Shown in pieces: positions 1-13,000 of a stretch of DNA of 64,000 nt. The notes under the pieces are model-generated. The model saw only the letters and a program-made list of their open reading frames with translations, searched no databases and was not told the origin of the DNA. Within the stretch, counting starts at the first letter, position 1. Every line of letters starts with the position of its first letter. The translations under genes and the position numbers were made by a program. The stretch spans positions 250,282-314,281 of the forward strand of contig JAQGDQ010000016.1 of NCBI GenBank assembly GCA_030141605.1, read 5' to 3'. This stretch comes from Tubiluchus corallicola (lineage: Eukaryota > Animalia > Priapulida).

Positions 1-2577
1 AAAAAATATAACCCACCACCGTTAAAACTACTAATTAAAATGGTACCGACCACATATTTTCAGAAAGGCACAATTATTGACAAAGCTTTAACCACTAACA
101 ATAGAAGATAAAGGAAAACTGCACTTCTCCCAAACACATTATTAGAAACTTATGACCAGCACCATCGTTTTTTTGTTATTTTTCTGAGTGCTAGTATATA
201 AGTTTCATCGAGGTAGACAAATTTGTTAATGATTGTAGCAAGTGTGTTAAGGAAATACCTCCAAAATCTAGACAACTTACACATTATCAACTGACAATTA
301 CCCACTTAAAAATTTATTTTTAAGTTTAAATAAAATCAGCAGAGCTTGTGAGCAGATTGGTCAGCAAATCAGCAACACAGCATAGAGAAAGTATATTTTA
401 TTAATTATAAAGCTTGTGGCTCCCAAATATTCAGATTAATGATAGAAGCATTATTGACCGAAAATCTAATTGGAATAATAAACATCAAAACTAACAATAA
501 ATGAAAAACTGGCTGAAATCTATTAATCTGCATAATACATTTCTAATTTTACCGTAATTCATTGTTAATCAATAAAACTATAGATAAGTAAATAAAATAA
601 GAAAGAACTTAATAGCATTTCTGCACTAAAGACAAAATTGATTAAATGCTAGATGCACCAAGTTTGACATCACTCTACGAGTGATACTGGCTGCTTCCAA
701 CAATGTGGTCTTGTGTTTTCATAGTGTTAACGCTGCATTTTTTTACCTGATTCGTGTGTTTATAGCAGCATGCTAGTAGTTTTGGATATGTCTTCTTGAA
801 TTTGTGTAAGGAAAGCTTTTATTTATTTTGGTAACTTTACTATTTTGGTACATTACTGTTTAGTTAACTTATCTAATAATTAGTACCATTTTGGCTTGTC
901 ATTGATTTAGCCGAATAATTTCATATATAATCTTAAATTGATATTATAGTGAATTCAAAATGTACCATACAGCACTTTTGGATTCATAAAGTTCAGTATG
1001 TTCTTTGAAGCATTCATTTGTGTTGTCACAGAATGAGACAAAAAACAATGGTGATAAGGAAAAAATGATAAAAAAATGTACAAGCTTAAAACAGGGGAAC
1101 TTTTATTTAAACTGAATCGTCCAGCATCCTACAATAAAACAAAAGGGAAAGATAATAACAAAATATTTCACAATAAGCTATGATACTAAAAGAACAGTGT
1201 AACAACGTACCGATAAGCAGTGGCGAATAGCACGTTGTGCACATTTTACTAATTCATATGAACAGCACTCTGTTTTCCCATTTTTTGACATTGTTGATTA
1301 TGATTACTAATTATCCTTTCTGGACTGTGGCCAAATTATAGTCTAAATACCAATTAATAGTCTTTGTTTGTGAAAACAAGTAAGTTATTGATGTTCAGTT
1401 TACCTTAATGTCATTTTTACATGACATTGAAAGTACCACAGATCAAAAGACCACAGAGTTGCCTTATAGTTTCAGAGCTTATTTGAGACTAGAAGCTTTC
1501 GGTCTTTCTACCTTAATCAGTCACAAAGTGTGTCACAGCCAACTTACTGCAAACTAGTTTCTGCTGTTGTTGTTACATTTATCTTTGAAAGTCACCACAG
1601 GCTACAGTTTTCATTGTATGAAGCCGAAATTCTGAAGACACTACGATCACTGAGCAGACCATAAAGGAGCCTGATTTTTCACATTTCCAACATATTCCTC
1701 AAATATTCCTGTTAAATGGATCTGTCCTACACATTGTTACATCATTATGGTTTTTTCACTCTAATGTATGAATTGATCAGCACCAACAATGCATAGTCTA
1801 AATTTTTATGAAAAAAATGGATTCACGACAATTGTAAATGCTTCCTGTAGCTTTCTGGTGAAAACCATCACTTTTACAACAAATGAACAAGTAGGACATG
1901 TCTGATCCAAGCACTTCAGTGCTTTCGTTCTAGTTTATTTGGATAATTAATACTATAGCACTTCAATATGAATTTGTTACAGTATGAATTACCGGAATGA
2001 AAAATCACATTTGCTATAACACATACAACGTCATTTGTGCAACATGCCCATGTCAACGAGACTGTGCCTGAATATTTTATTGGTAATTTGTCACAGCCAT
2101 TTGTATCGCAAAATGAAGTTGTGCACACATTGTCCATAAACAGGTCTAACAAGATCTGAAAAATCTGGTTAAATACCTCGATGAGTTTGAAAATTGGTGA
2201 TAACTAGTAGCATAAATATTGAAAATAGTTACAAAGCATACTAGTATAACCAAACAATGAAGGTAATCCAGATAAAAATTGCAAATGCACATTTAATTCA
2301 GTGATAACAGCCCACCCTTGTACGTTTGCTATGCTACATGCAGACAATTAACAAACATAACTACCATCGGCTGCAGGGCGGCAAATAAAAGAAAAGAAAT
2401 TTTGCCCCCATAAGCAAAGCTGTTTATAAATTAAGCTACTCTTTTCATGAATACAAAACACCAAAAAAATTATGTGAAACTTGGAAATTGCTTTCTCCTT
2501 CCAAAAAATGTTGCAGTCAAATGCTCAAATTTTTGCATTTTCATTATACAGAATAAATTTACTGTTGCTTCTTAAAA

Positions 2578-2985
2578 TTCCATTTAGACACTGTATTCAT
2601 AAGAACATACAATAGACACCAAAATAAACCAAAAAACTTTATTGCTTCCCAATTTACCAAAAAATCCTCCTAAATATCTGATGAGCAAATGAGATCATAT
2701 GAAAAAACTCCCACGGGCAAATTTTCGATCATAAACATTTCAAACATAACAACATTTGGTATGCTTTTATATTATGTTATGTTTTTGGGTCTTTATTTAA
2801 AAACGCTGCTATCTTAAGTGATGAAATTGTATTGAAAGATGTCTTTCAATAAAGAGTAACTTAATCTGGTTCAATGACAGCACATTTTTCTGGTAACATG
2901 CATCAAAAAAATGTCAAGCAAACACAAAAGAAAACTCAACCATATCTAAAAAACTAAAAAATAAAGAAACAGTGTCTAAATGGAA
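2578..2985. mobile_element. Possible MITE remnant
   Basis: Perfect 17-bp inverted repeat TTCCATTTAGACACTGT / ACAGTGTCTAAATGGAA; no clear TSD. Confidence 0.45.
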
Positions 2986-3356
2986 GATGAGTAACACTGC
3001 CAGTGAAGGAAGCCACGTATTTACAAGCGTAGCACCAAAAACTTGCATTACTAATCATTAAGAATACCTCACTGTATCAATTAACACATTACAGAGAATA
3101 AGCAACAAATTTATTTTTTTATTTTTTGCCACAAATGCAAATTCTTTTGCACATTTAATCATTTTTAGTTTTGGCAATTTGCAAAATTTCGATTCAGCTT
3201 ACTTATTAATCATTCTTGACAAAACAAATTGAGTCTAGTTTTAGCTTTTCGCATATCGCTATGAAATTATTAGAATTGCGTAAAGCTTGATGTATAAGAG
3301 GTTCGATTGGGTCGGGGAAAACAAATTCTCAAAATAAAAATAACAGTCAGCACCCA

Positions 3357-3593
3357 CTTAAGCAAAGACATAACTTTTATTCAGACACAATATGACAACA
3401 TCTGCAACGTTTCGACACAGTTAAGGTTATGATCCCCAATAATCCATCTAAATAAAGATACACATTAAAAATCAACAGTGTGACAAGCAAATTTGTCACA
3501 ATGTTGACTTTTGCATTTTTAACATATTAACTGTGACGATGTTAGCAGATGTTGTGATATTGTGTCTGAATAAAAGCCAAGTCTATCCTTAAG
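3357..3593. mobile_element. Foldback MITE with about 65-bp inverted arms
   Basis: TTTTATTCAGACACAATATGACAACATCTGC vs GCAGATGTTGTGATATTGTGTCTGAATAAAA inverted; CTTAAG at both ends. Confidence 0.7.
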
Positions 3594-4007
3594 CAAATGT
3601 TATTTTTAATCTAGGAGTAATTGTTTAAAATGCACATTGCACACACAGTATTAATTTTGCTATAGCCAAGCCAATAAAAAATTGTGAATATTGTGGAAGC
3701 AAAGTTTAGAAGTTACTCAATTTTTGATAGGTTCATATTGAAAAAATTTACATGGTAAATGTAAATATAATATAATTTCTTTGCCGCTTTAAATAGTTGA
3801 CATTATGACTAATGTAGCCATTTCAGTAACATTACTAGAGTAACAACAGTTTATAATGCAAACAAAGTTTCAAAGTTTCTTTCCATAGATTATTCAGATG
3901 CTGAACAATTTCCTACGAATTTTTCACTTAAAGATTACGTATTTCTGATTAAATGCTAAATTTACTAGCTAACAGCTCAACCAAGCTAAAACTACTATAA
4001 TACATAC

Positions 4008-7000
4008 GACATAGTTCCTGACTCCTCCAGTACACGGGGTATCCAGCCCTGTTGCACTCTTCTGCAAAGGCTGCTAATGCTGTACACAAACACTCACAAT
4101 CTCCACCACGATCACAGCTGTAATGAAAGATTCTGTTACCATACAAGCACTTGTCAAATAGTTATCATAAAACCTGTAAACCTAACGCCAGCAAACATTA
4201 GGTTTACAGTTTTCGTAATGTACAGCATGTACTTGCAAATACTGTAGTGCAGTTCTGGCAATTCACTGTACATACCTGCAAGCATCGTATTTACGGTTCT
4301 GGTAATACACTGTACGTATCCACAAGCATTGTATGTACAGTTCTGGTAACACACTGTACAGACCCACAAACATCGTATTTACGGTTCTGGTAATGCACTA
4401 TACGTACCTGCAAGCATCGTATTTACAGTTCCGGTAATGCACTATACGTACCTGCAAGCATCGTATTTACAGTTCTCATAATAAATTTCGACTAAAGTTC
4501 CCAGTTCTTCTCGACATTCTGCAAATATGTCATCGAAAATCTTGTTGCAAGACCGTTCAGCCCAAGCTTTTCTTTTAGACGAAGCCTGTAATTAGAAAAT
4601 AAAATAAAAATATATGTACATATTGAAGAAAAACGAGTATTAAATGGATCAAAAATGGAAAACTGGATGGAGATGTTCAATGTTCTTATTATTGAAAATG
4701 TCATATAATTTGCTGCTAACACACTACAAATAGGTCTCATAAAAAGGCAGTAGAGCAAAACTGAACAAGATTAGAAATTCTGTTTGCTGTGATACAGAGA
4801 TTATGTGCAACTCAAGACCAGTCTCAACACCAATTTTTGACTGACTTTGCAATGGCCTTCTAAGTTGTAATTTTTGCCAACATTGGTCTTGGTATTGATC
4901 ACATACATGTCGATATTGACTTGGTCTTGTTCTGGAAGCTGGTCTCAAGATAGGCTCCATTTTATGTGATGTCACTACGTCATTTTACCAGTCACTAAGC
5001 AAAACTGCCTAGTAGCATTTTGTCAAAACACTAGCTAATAAACTACTTGGGCAGTTTCTCAAAATTTCTGATTTTTTGCATGTGGTGGGCAAGCAAGTAA
5101 ACTTGGGTAAATAAACGGCGATTGGAACATAAACGTAAAGTCTGAGCAACACATCTTGAATCTTGCACCTGAAAAGTTCATATATTGGGATTAAAACTCA
5201 ACTTCTGATACGATAATGTCATTCGACCCGGCATATCAATTTTCGAAAGACATAGTAAATGGATTCACATTTGAAGTTCAAACAACAGTACTAGTAATTT
5301 AATGTTGCCAAATTTTGCTGTTTTTTGATGCTTTTGGGACTTCTTCCTTTGGGAATTTTCGTTTTAGCAATAATTTGTGCTGTTCACCACATAATGCACC
5401 AAAGAATGACTATAGAATTTATGGAAAAGCATTTTAAAGGCAGCTTTAATAAGCCTAAAGTTATGTTCTCAGAAAGCACAGTTCTCGGTCTTGGTCTTGG
5501 ACTTCAACAATTGGGTCTTAATAAGTCATGGATTTAGGCTTGAAAGTTGTAGTCTTGGTCTTGATTTTGGTCTCTACTGCACTCAAGTTTTGGTCGCACA
5601 TGTCTGCCTTGATAACATAACCAGTTTCAGCAACTGGTCCATTTCACTGTTGAATATGTCAAATCTTCATCTAAGACACTGTCACTTGTTTCTGTAAGGG
5701 AATATAATGCATCTGAAGTGCATTGCGAAAATTATTTTCATGTATGTATATTAAAAGTGTGACCAAATCATTTGTATACGAATTTAGAAATGTGTGTTCT
5801 ACATTATGCAGTAGGTCAGAAATACAAATATTCTCTCACAGCTTGTAAAATTCATAACGGAAAATAAAAAATGTTAAAAAAAATAATGTAAGATACATTA
5901 ACCCTTTCACTACGGAAAGTGGCACACTGTCACCTATATTTTTCAGGCAAGACACAGAAGGCTGTAGACTGCTGCCCAAGCTCAGCACTAAGTGCAGTCA
6001 CCCAGGTGTGTTTATTTCACTGCTACGGCCATGCGAAACGTAGAAAAGTTCAACAGCAGGGGCTGGGATTCATTTGGGGTTGCTTCGCAATAAGTAACGC
6101 TAAACAGCCAATCAGCGTCTGAAATCAGTTGCATTCCACAACACTGTACTGTATGGTATGTTCCCATGCAAATCACTTGTAGATCTTTGACCAAACGTAC
6201 GTTTAGTTGAGTGTTCTGCATTCTTATAAAATGATTACATATTATGGATTAGTATTGAATCTTTTATGAAAACTGGTTTCTATATATAAGTACATGCTTA
6301 TTTATGATGGTGTGCACGTGTATGTGTACTGTTGTGTGTGTATATAAAACCAATATTTAATATTGGTACTCAAAAATAAACAACTATTTGTTTATTTGCA
6401 AGATTATGTTTTAGCAACACACCACAACAAGTTATTGTCAAATGAGCAAAAGTCAATGTGGCCCAGTTAAAAAGCAACGATGTAGCGAAAGGGTTAAGAG
6501 ATGTACAATGCTCAGCAAAAATCAATCAAAATGTTGTAGTTAACACATGCATTTAAACTTACATCCATGTTACATGGATTAGTAATATTAGATGAATCGA
6601 AATCGGTGCAGCCTTCCGGATTTACGTTCCACGTTTTAGCAAACTCGGCAGGTATCTGTTCCTCAATGTTGCTGGATGTGAGAAAATCATTCTGACTTAA
6701 TCCATCAAAATTACCACACAGGCCAGCAACATTCCCTTTATATGCCGGGTCAAGGATCACTTGAACGCGAGTACCTAATGCAGAACAGTAATCACGTTTA
6801 ATTATTAAAACTCTGTTTATTTCTGTTTTTGAAATGTTTTGTTTGAATAACTTAATAAGAATGTCAAATTAAAATAATTTTTAAAACAAAAATTATCCTG
6901 GTATGTCACTGGTATACACCTTTATCTAAGACTTCAATATAACACTTTATAAAAAACACCAGTAAAAGTATGTAGAAAAATTAGTAGAGCATGTATGCAA

Positions 7001-10000
7001 ATTTGCTATTGACTACTAAGGCATAACAAAAAAAATCAGGTCTTACATCTCAGTGGTATACATCTTTATGTAAGACTTCAATATATAATTTCACCAAAAT
7101 AAAAAAATTGGACAAAATTAGTTAGACTTCATAGTAACACTTTAAAAAACACCAACAAAAGTATGTAGAAAAATTAGTAGGAAATGTATGTGAACTTACT
7201 ACTAAGGCATAACATAAACCTGGTTGCCCAAAATTAAAAGAATACTTCGTTAAACCAGTAAATTCAAAGTTATTAAAAAATGTAACACATCACATTCCTA
7301 TCACGAATAACTGAAATAAAAAGAAAGAAACGGCATTATTTTCATCACACTTTCAAGTTAACTTCTTGCTTTACTAACATTACGACACGCATAAACACTG
7401 GTGCTATTACCTCCATCCCACAATACAGTCAAGCCAACCGTAGTACTGATCACAGTGAAAAAACCAGCTGTAGTAATATTCAGGCCTTGCGTGTACTTGG
7501 GAATATGCACCTCTGCATCGTTAATGGTTACCTGAAACACAAGAACAAAAAATTTAAACAAAAATCAGAAAACCCAGTTACATTAATAGCATCTGTAAAA
7601 ATCAAAATGAGGAACTGGAATGGCTAAATACTGTAATTAGTTTATTTTGGTGTTCATTTTTGCAACAAGATGACAAGTTAAACAGAATTTACATTTATAT
7701 AATAAAAATTGCTTCTCTAGTTTTTTTCAAACAAAGAGCTTTTGCTGATAATTTTGACAAAATTATCAGCTAATGGATCTTGCACAGTGGTACCTTTACA
7801 ATATTAAGAAAAGTAAACATCTAAACAAAAGCAATCGTCAATAACATCATATACAACTGACAAAAGTCCTAATATAAACATTTGCTAAGTGATCCAATTT
7901 TGTTCGTCCATTACACAAATCTGATTCCGCTGGCATTCTGTTTACACTACCTCTAGATTACTGAGAAGAAGTGTCTTTCTTGAACAGCTCACATAAAAAC
8001 ATCCATGGTTAAAAAGCTGCAAAATATGGTGAACACAAGAAATGGGTATAACTCTGCAGTCAAGGCAATGACTCAACAATTAAATTTTATGCAAAAACTT
8101 TTTGTTTGAAAATACATAAAGAAGTAATTTTTCGGATTATATGTATGAAACATGTAAGGGTGCATTATGATTTTAGTTAGTTACTATTAATATTTTTTCT
8201 GAAATACTGATTATACAAACTCACTTGCTTTCCACGCACAAGCTTCACAACTGTTGATCCATGCAAGATAACTTCCACATTCTTAGTACAAGAAACTCCT
8301 TGAGTCCCACAAGGTACATTAGATATTACAACTTCGAAGTTTTTACTTTCCGACACGTCCATGGCTAGCCTGTAGCTGCACTCTCCGGTGAAATCGTATG
8401 CCTTGCCATCAAATGTAATGTAATGGCTTTCACCAATTGTGTGACAAATACCTTAAATAGAGAATAGTCATATTTTGACTATTAAGTTTTGGATAGAAAC
8501 AAACACTTGCCACAGCCCCTTCTGTTACAGATATCAGTAAAAACAAACTTCATTTCAAATAAACATCTTACAGTCATATGTCGCAGTCTACCAACAAGTA
8601 CAATAAGTTCTCACTTAATAATGTTAACGCAGTCTTTGGAAACTGGGACGTTTCGTAACATGTGGTTAAATGACAAAATGGCTTTCATAAAAAGTAATGA
8701 AAAGGCATTAAGATACTTTCCAGGAGCAAAATTAGCAATGCTTAGCTCATATCAATAAAATGTTTTATGAGTTTTCCTGCTTAAATTTACACATTACTTG
8801 TCTACTAAAATGAAAAAAGTAGAATGGTAATGTTGCTTCAGATGCAAACAGCTGGTGAACAAACTAGCCATTATTCACCATTCCACGACACTCGTAAAAA
8901 AAGCCACTACTTCAGCTACTGTTAAAATGCTTCATTACTTATATGACATCATCAAATGAGGACTAACTGCATGGAATTTAGGTATGTGCTTCATTCACTA
9001 ATGTAATTACAAAGTAGACAAAAACAAAACGAATCTATTGTAAATGAACTGCGGTATGATTTAAACCAATAGAGTGTAAAATAATGGTAAAACTTAATTG
9101 ATTACACTTACCATGGCATTCGGTTGCTGTGCAGCTCCATTTCTTACCACCTTCACAAACACTATAAATAAAAAACTTTTATTTGCCGTAGTGAATTTAT
9201 GTCGACACTTTGAGTAGGAAAAATACGAAAACAATTATGCGTCAAATGAAATTTATAAATAAATGAATGCCTAGAAAAAAAAGTTGACAAGCCACAAATT
9301 AGTTCCAACAAAAAAGTGCAAAAATTTAATCATAAAAAATTGACGAAAAGGGAAATAAAGCTTCTTGCAGAGTAAAATATGTTCAACAGTTCTCACTTAA
9401 GATGGCAATTATTACCAAATGCATTCATCATGTATTTTTGCAAAAGATTTTGTAAGAATCCAAAATTTCCAATTTACCATTTTTAAATACTTCAAAATTG
9501 AGTAGGATATGAAAAATCATTATGTTTTCCTTTAAGGTAAGAATCAGAACAAAACTGTTTTCACGAGGCTCTAAATTGTTAACATACCACGTATTGCAAA
9601 CTTCAGTTCGTGTCTGACCAGGCTGGTATGACCTACTGCCATGAACACATGGACATTGTTTGACATCAACACATGTTTCACCCTGTATAGAAGAATATCA
9701 ATCAGTCTGATTGGAACATTAAAGGAAAGGTTAATCAATAACTGATTAATGAATTTTTCCTTCAGGAACTTTTATAGCTTATCTCAAACTTTGTCAGCCA
9801 TGAACAAGATTCTGTGTATATAGATTGAACAAGATTCTACCCAAAATTTGATGTAAACGGATAAAACCTTTTTTCGTATCCAGTAATAAATCTAATCATG
9901 CTGCACCCAATTTTTGCCAAAAATGTGAAAAAATTAGAAAAATATAATCATGAATGTGTACATGTGAAAATTTAAAATAAGCTTTTATCTAAAAATAAAA

Positions 10001-13000
10001 TGACGATGTTTTTGACAATTATGTAAATAATTTTGTAGTTTCTATATATTTTCTAGTAGTGACCACTTACTAGTTTTGAAAAATTTCTATCCAGAGGCTT
10101 GAACTTTTTAACTCATTCCTTACAACAGGAATAAATACAATGCTCATACTTACATCATAAGCCAATACTTGCTCATCGGGACACGTGCAACCATGGTATG
10201 TCGGCTGAGGACAAGTTGTTTCAATCATATAATTATCGCAGGTTTTTCTGCATGGTGAAGCAAACTGTGACATTATCTGGTTACTCGGACACACGTTAGC
10301 AATTGTACACATTAGATCTTCTACACAATCTAACACTCCAGAACGGCAAGTGCTAAAAATTAGAAAAAGCATTGTGATCTGGTAATCATTGTTTTCAAAT
10401 TGTTACTAAAGACTGATCAACAGAAATTTTAAAACTAGCTATAAGCACTTGAAGCTATGTCAATGAGTGATTTTTTTGTTATTTCAAGTGAAAATGTTTT
10501 ACTTAGTCTTATACATCACTGAGTGTTAACGAAAGCTAGAAAAGCTGTGTGTGGTTCTGGAGAAAAATGACATGACGAACATCAATTAAAGCAAAAAAGA
10601 TAAGTATTTGCAAGCTCTATGAGCTTTATGAGAAATAGCTAAGCATGTGCTTGGGCACAAAGTCAAGTAGTGCCAAGCCTGGTTAGTAAATGGATGGGTA
10701 AATCATTTAATCTATGATGTGATATCTGGCAGTTTAACTTGTTGAAGAAGAACATAAGCACAGGCAAATGTGGTTAAGAAGGCTCTGCTTGTTCAATAGC
10801 TCTTGTTAGAAAACTTTTTTTGGTAATTAACTAAGTTGATCCTACAACAAGCACCTACACTAAGTAAACCCAGCCACTGATAGCTCTATCTCCAGCCTAC
10901 ACGGAGCTAAACTAAACAAAAAAGAACTTTTATAATCTCATAGATGCATTGGCACAAGACAATAATTCAGAATTCCGCATATTAACGTTTTCATCAGGCA
11001 CCTAACATGAGTTGCCCAAAATATAATTAACCATACAGCATTATTACATTAAGAATAATTATACAGTGAACTCATGAAACTACAGCTAGGTTTACATATG
11101 CTATAACACACTGCTATAACACAGTAGCTGAAAAACATATTTACATGAACAATAATGTGTTTGCAGTAGATTCTTAACACATGTATTATAGTAATGGTAA
11201 GCCTGGCTATAGTTTCAAAAGTGCATAATGTAATTATTCTTAATGTAAAAATTATTTTTAGCCAATTAAATCTTAATTTTAAGTCCCTGACAAAGATATT
11301 AATTTGCTAAAATGTGGTGAACTCACCTTATAACTTTAGGTTTTGTAATTTCTAACTTATACACTTTATATAGTCATCTTTATACAATCAAAATTTTTCA
11401 CAGAAAAAGGTAAGTACCAGTTCTGACATGCTCTATAAACCATGTCATTTGGCAATAATGTCTTCTGAGTTTGGTAATCAAAACACATACACTCTTCTTT
11501 TGGTACGCACTGTCCAGAATCATCAAATACAAGATCACCTTAAACAAATTAAATAAAACCTTGTTACAATAGTTGCTTTATCATAAAATTATGGCTAGTA
11601 AAACTGCCAGATACGGTCCAAAATTAATCAGATACATAATACAGTTAACAAAAGCTTGCTAAAACCTGCTGGGTAACTGCTGATTAATCTAAAGCTAGAA
11701 AAAGCCTACTACAACTCCCTTTCATTATTGCAACAGTTATGGTGCTATGATGTATTGACATTAGATGCCACTTACAACAGCAGGTTCCCACAGATTTTTT
11801 AAATAACATTACTGACTTTTTCATGACCAAATACTGAGTTTCCATGACCAAGATAAGCATAAATTGCATTAACAGTATACATATTCAAATATTTTTGAGT
11901 ATGGACATTCATACATATACAGATATATATAATGTGTCAGCACAGTTGCAGTAGTGCTAACGAAATTACACCAATCACGTCAAATAAACTTTCTTAATCC
12001 AATCATTATTTCGGGAACAGAAATCGAAACTGGGAGCAAATTCTAATTGAACACGAATCGCTGAAAAATATGTTTGGAAAACTATCAGTTCACGGTGATT
12101 ATTTGTGTAACCCTTTCCAATTTCCCTGACTTTTCACCCCATTTTCATCATTTTCCCTGACTTTTTACAAAATTATCTTCTTCCCTGACTTTTCCATGAC
12201 TTTCCAGGATTATATTTTCAAAGATTTTCCCTGACCATGAGAACCCTGAACAGTTACTGTTATAACACAACAGCATGTGATTCTGTTGTGCTGGCACAAG
12301 GACGGTGCTTACAGCTAAAAGCAATGCATAGCTGGACTTTCTTTTTGTGACTGGTACACTTCTGGTAGGTTAATTTTTAACTGGACTGTAAAAGTTAATT
12401 CTTAATCTGAAAAAAATCTATATTCACTACATGTGGAAAGAAAAATCCTACTAAACGTTACCTAATATAACTACATTTCATTGAAATAAGTGATAGTAAA
12501 ATGGATCTATAAAGACGGTACTTACCAAATAGGAAAATTTAACTTACACACAACCAGGTCTAATCTTTGAGATAACAATACCCTGTACAACTGTGCATAA
12601 AATTATTCTGATGTTTCCATACTACTGGGCTATAACCAGCTTACCATGAAATGAAGCATAGTACTGCAGACTAATTCAAAATAAGACTTAGGTATGGTAA
12701 TGGAAAAAATTTCGGGTACAAAGACATTCTACTTATTTTGAATGATCATGCTTGTAAACTTAATTATACATACAAATCCAATTTACCTGGACAAGCACAG
12801 CCTTGAACGCAACCAGCATTATGGCAACTGGAACCTCCCTCCAAATCCAAATTATGGCAAGTTTGCTCGCAAGTGGAGTGGCAGTCTGAGTAAACGGCTT
12901 GTGAGTTCGTACAATTCACATACAGACCTACAAGTATAAAATGTGAAATATACGGTTTATATAAATTAATTTACAACTAACTGTTTGCTGCAAATAAGTG

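Noticed and set aside
1916-2156. Cys-rich minus-strand ORF as the next exon of the VWD gene
   Set aside because: Joining after exon 4117-4008 (phase 1) at the TTCAG acceptor hits a stop, and the open frame does not look like the expected TIL domain; no convincing next exon was found in 1-4000.
4185-4477. CRISPR-like array
   Set aside because: Contiguous tandem units without unique spacers, eukaryotic intron context and no cas genes; the same applies to 20570-21030.
5919-6221. Slightly GC-richer stretch with short ORFs and an AGCCAATCAGCGT motif also seen inverted near 53765
   Set aside because: No in-phase exon fits and flanking exons join without it; the shared motif is a short CCAAT-box-like word.
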